This document shows, piece by piece, positions 26,017 through 26,981 of a stretch of DNA of 26,981 nt. Position numbers and translations under genes: made by a program. Source of the DNA: a virus (lineage: Duplodnaviria; Heunggongvirae; Uroviricota; Caudoviricetes); the IMG/VR virus record IMGVR_UViG_3300006139_000005, positions 90,050-117,030 of that record. One strand, 5' to 3'. Position 1 is the stretch's first letter. The number at the start of each line of letters is the position of its first letter. Below the pieces are notes generated by a model. The model ran no database searches. It was not told the DNA's origin and worked only from the letters and a program-made list of their open reading frames with translations.

Positions 26017-26481
26017 TTACTGCTTTTTAGTTTGTGCCAGTGCCTTAGTAACACCTCTGAGAAGTTCATCTTCCTTGTCGATCAGCAGCCCTAAACTTTC
26101 CGCCATACGATCAAGTTTCTCAATCGCATCCACAGATTTCAACTGAACACCTTTACTATTTGTAAAGCATCCTTCTGGGTTCTGCATCATAAGAAGATAG
26201 CAATGCGTAAGCCGCACATCCAAGGCTTTCAAAGAAGCCCTTGCTTCCAGCAGGTGTGCCTTGCGCAATGTCTTTCTCTGGTCGTCTGAGGGGTAGATAC
26301 TGTTTGCCATTTCAGCTTGATCCACCACTCCACCGGCCAGATGTGCGATATCCTCAGCAATCAATCTGGAATATCTTGCAGACAGCCTTGTAAGAAAATT
26401 TAGCGTTTCCACATAAAGTTGGTTTGCCGTATTGACAAACTCCGCCTTGCTTGTGGTACGCTTTGCTTTAAGTACCGACAC
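26017..26481 (-). CDS. avd: DGR accessory variability determinant (Avd-like four-helix bundle)
   Basis: 'MSVLKAKR..SKAEF', helical, 154 aa; canonical position upstream of TR and RT. Confidence 0.8.
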   Translation of the reverse strand: MSVLKAKRTTSKAEFVNTANQLYVETLNFLTRLSARYSRLIAEDIAHLAGGVVDQAEMANSIYPSDDQRKTLRKAHLLEARASLKALDVRLTHCYLLMMQNPEGCFTNSKGVQLKSVDAIEKLDRMAESLGLLIDKEDELLRGVTKALAQTKKQ

Positions 26482-26674
26482 TGTTTTTCTCCTCTTCTAC
26501 TGCTTTTTTAGTATCTATCACCCCGCGCTCCTGCTCAACTTGTTCCAGGTGCTTGATTAAGACATACTCGATGTAATTTGTCATGGATCGGTGCTCATTC
26601 GCCGCAAGCGTACCAATCTTATCAAACACGTCATCAGTCAGACGCAGGGTAAACACTCGTTTGGTTGTCGCCAT
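26468..26674 (-). CDS. Arc-like ribbon-helix-helix DNA-binding protein
   Basis: 'VFTLRLTDDVFDKIGTLAANEHRSMTNYIEYVL'; GGAGG ribosome-binding site; overlaps the avd start. Confidence 0.85.
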   Translation of the reverse strand: MATTKRVFTLRLTDDVFDKIGTLAANEHRSMTNYIEYVLIKHLEQVEQERGVIDTKKAVEEEKNSVGT

Positions 26675-26808
26675 ATTATCGTACCTCCATCTAACTGGTA
26701 TAAGGTATATTATAGGGCGACGTTCATGCTTTGTATGCAGTCTTTAACCTGTCAAGTGATAGCACTTTTTTGGAAAACTGCAAAAAAGCCCATTTTTCAA
26801 AAAATCGC

Positions 26809-26889
26809 GTCGGCGCTTCGCGCCGACATTGTTTTCCGTACCGAAACTTTCTGCCTCTATCGAAGCACCCGCCCACTGACGTGGGCGGG
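26809..26889 (-). promoter_or_regulatory. Two GC-rich hairpins downstream of VR (candidate DGR target-recognition structures)
   Basis: CCCGCCCAC-tgac-GTGGGCGGG at 26868-26889; GTCGGCGC-ttc-GCGCCGAC at 26809-26827. Confidence 0.75.
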
Positions 26890-26915
26890 ATATAGACCCG
26901 ATACACTGCGGTAGA

Positions 26916-26981
26916 TTAGACAGAAAAGCCGGGGCGCACACCCGCTGACCAGGAAGCAAGGATGTTGGTGACGTAGCCGTT
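26916..26981 (-). CDS. 3' end of the DGR target gene (variable repeat; probable C-type-lectin-fold receptor-binding protein), truncated by the window edge
   Basis: Reads NGYVTNILASWSAGVRPGFSV*, in frame with TR NGNINNNNASWSAGVRPGF. Confidence 0.9.
   Translation of the reverse strand, partial: NGYVTNILASWSAGVRPGFSV

Larger units (their letters stand above)
1..26981. mobile_element. Segment of a temperate phage genome (early/accessory arm, xis-int, att region, lysis and tail-associated genes, DGR)
   Basis: Dense phage-type gene content (holins, endolysins, DUF551, HNH-AP2, Dam, integrase, DUF4376) in two convergent arms; no host housekeeping block apart from a lone folD. Confidence 0.93.
24464..26981 (-). 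mobile_element. Diversity-generating retroelement (VR - RHH - avd - TR - RT)
   Basis: RT, Avd and a TR/VR pair with adenine-specific mismatches, plus downstream hairpins. Confidence 0.96.

Noticed and set aside
26709-26755. TTGACA and TATAAT as one promoter for RHH-avd
   Set aside because: The 35-nt spacing is incompatible with a single sigma-A promoter
114-26959. Numerous short opposite-strand or alternate-frame ORFs in the track (e.g. 114-470, 2844-3167, 15899-16279, 22699-23052, 26591-26914)
   Set aside because: Shadows of better-supported genes, with no RBS or motifs
1-26981. CRISPR array
   Set aside because: No regularly spaced 25-45-bp direct repeats seen in any intergenic region

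Overview
This window is a 27-kb slice of a large temperate phage of a Gram-positive host, probably Clostridia/Oscillospiraceae-like (inferred from the SLH-type lysins and sigma-A promoters). From 1 to about 16.5 kb the genes are mostly on the + strand and form an early/accessory arm. It encodes a frameshifted lysozyme-like protein, an N4/N6 methyltransferase, a Thg1-like 3'-5' polymerase, a CDC123/R2K-type ATP-grasp enzyme, a GNAT, an RlmN-like radical SAM protein, a SLOG protein, a frameshifted Dam, FolD, an HNH-AP2 endonuclease and a Tn916-type Xis/Int pair. A candidate intact attP lies at about 16.55-16.83 kb. From 16.9 to 27 kb the genes are mostly on the - strand: holins, two lysins sharing an SLH-like tail, a second tyrosine recombinase and tail-associated genes. 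The window ends in a diversity-generating retroelement (DGR) with the order target VR - two hairpins - RHH regulator - avd - TR - RT. Only the last 66 nt of the target gene are visible; 7 of the 8 TR/VR differences fall on TR adenines. Other notable signals are an RlmN-like enzyme lacking the resolving cysteine, a recurrent intergenic RCGAAYAAAATC motif, a cloverleaf-like element with two covarying hairpins, and three homopolymer frameshifts. All family calls come from motif recognition by eye; no database searches were run.
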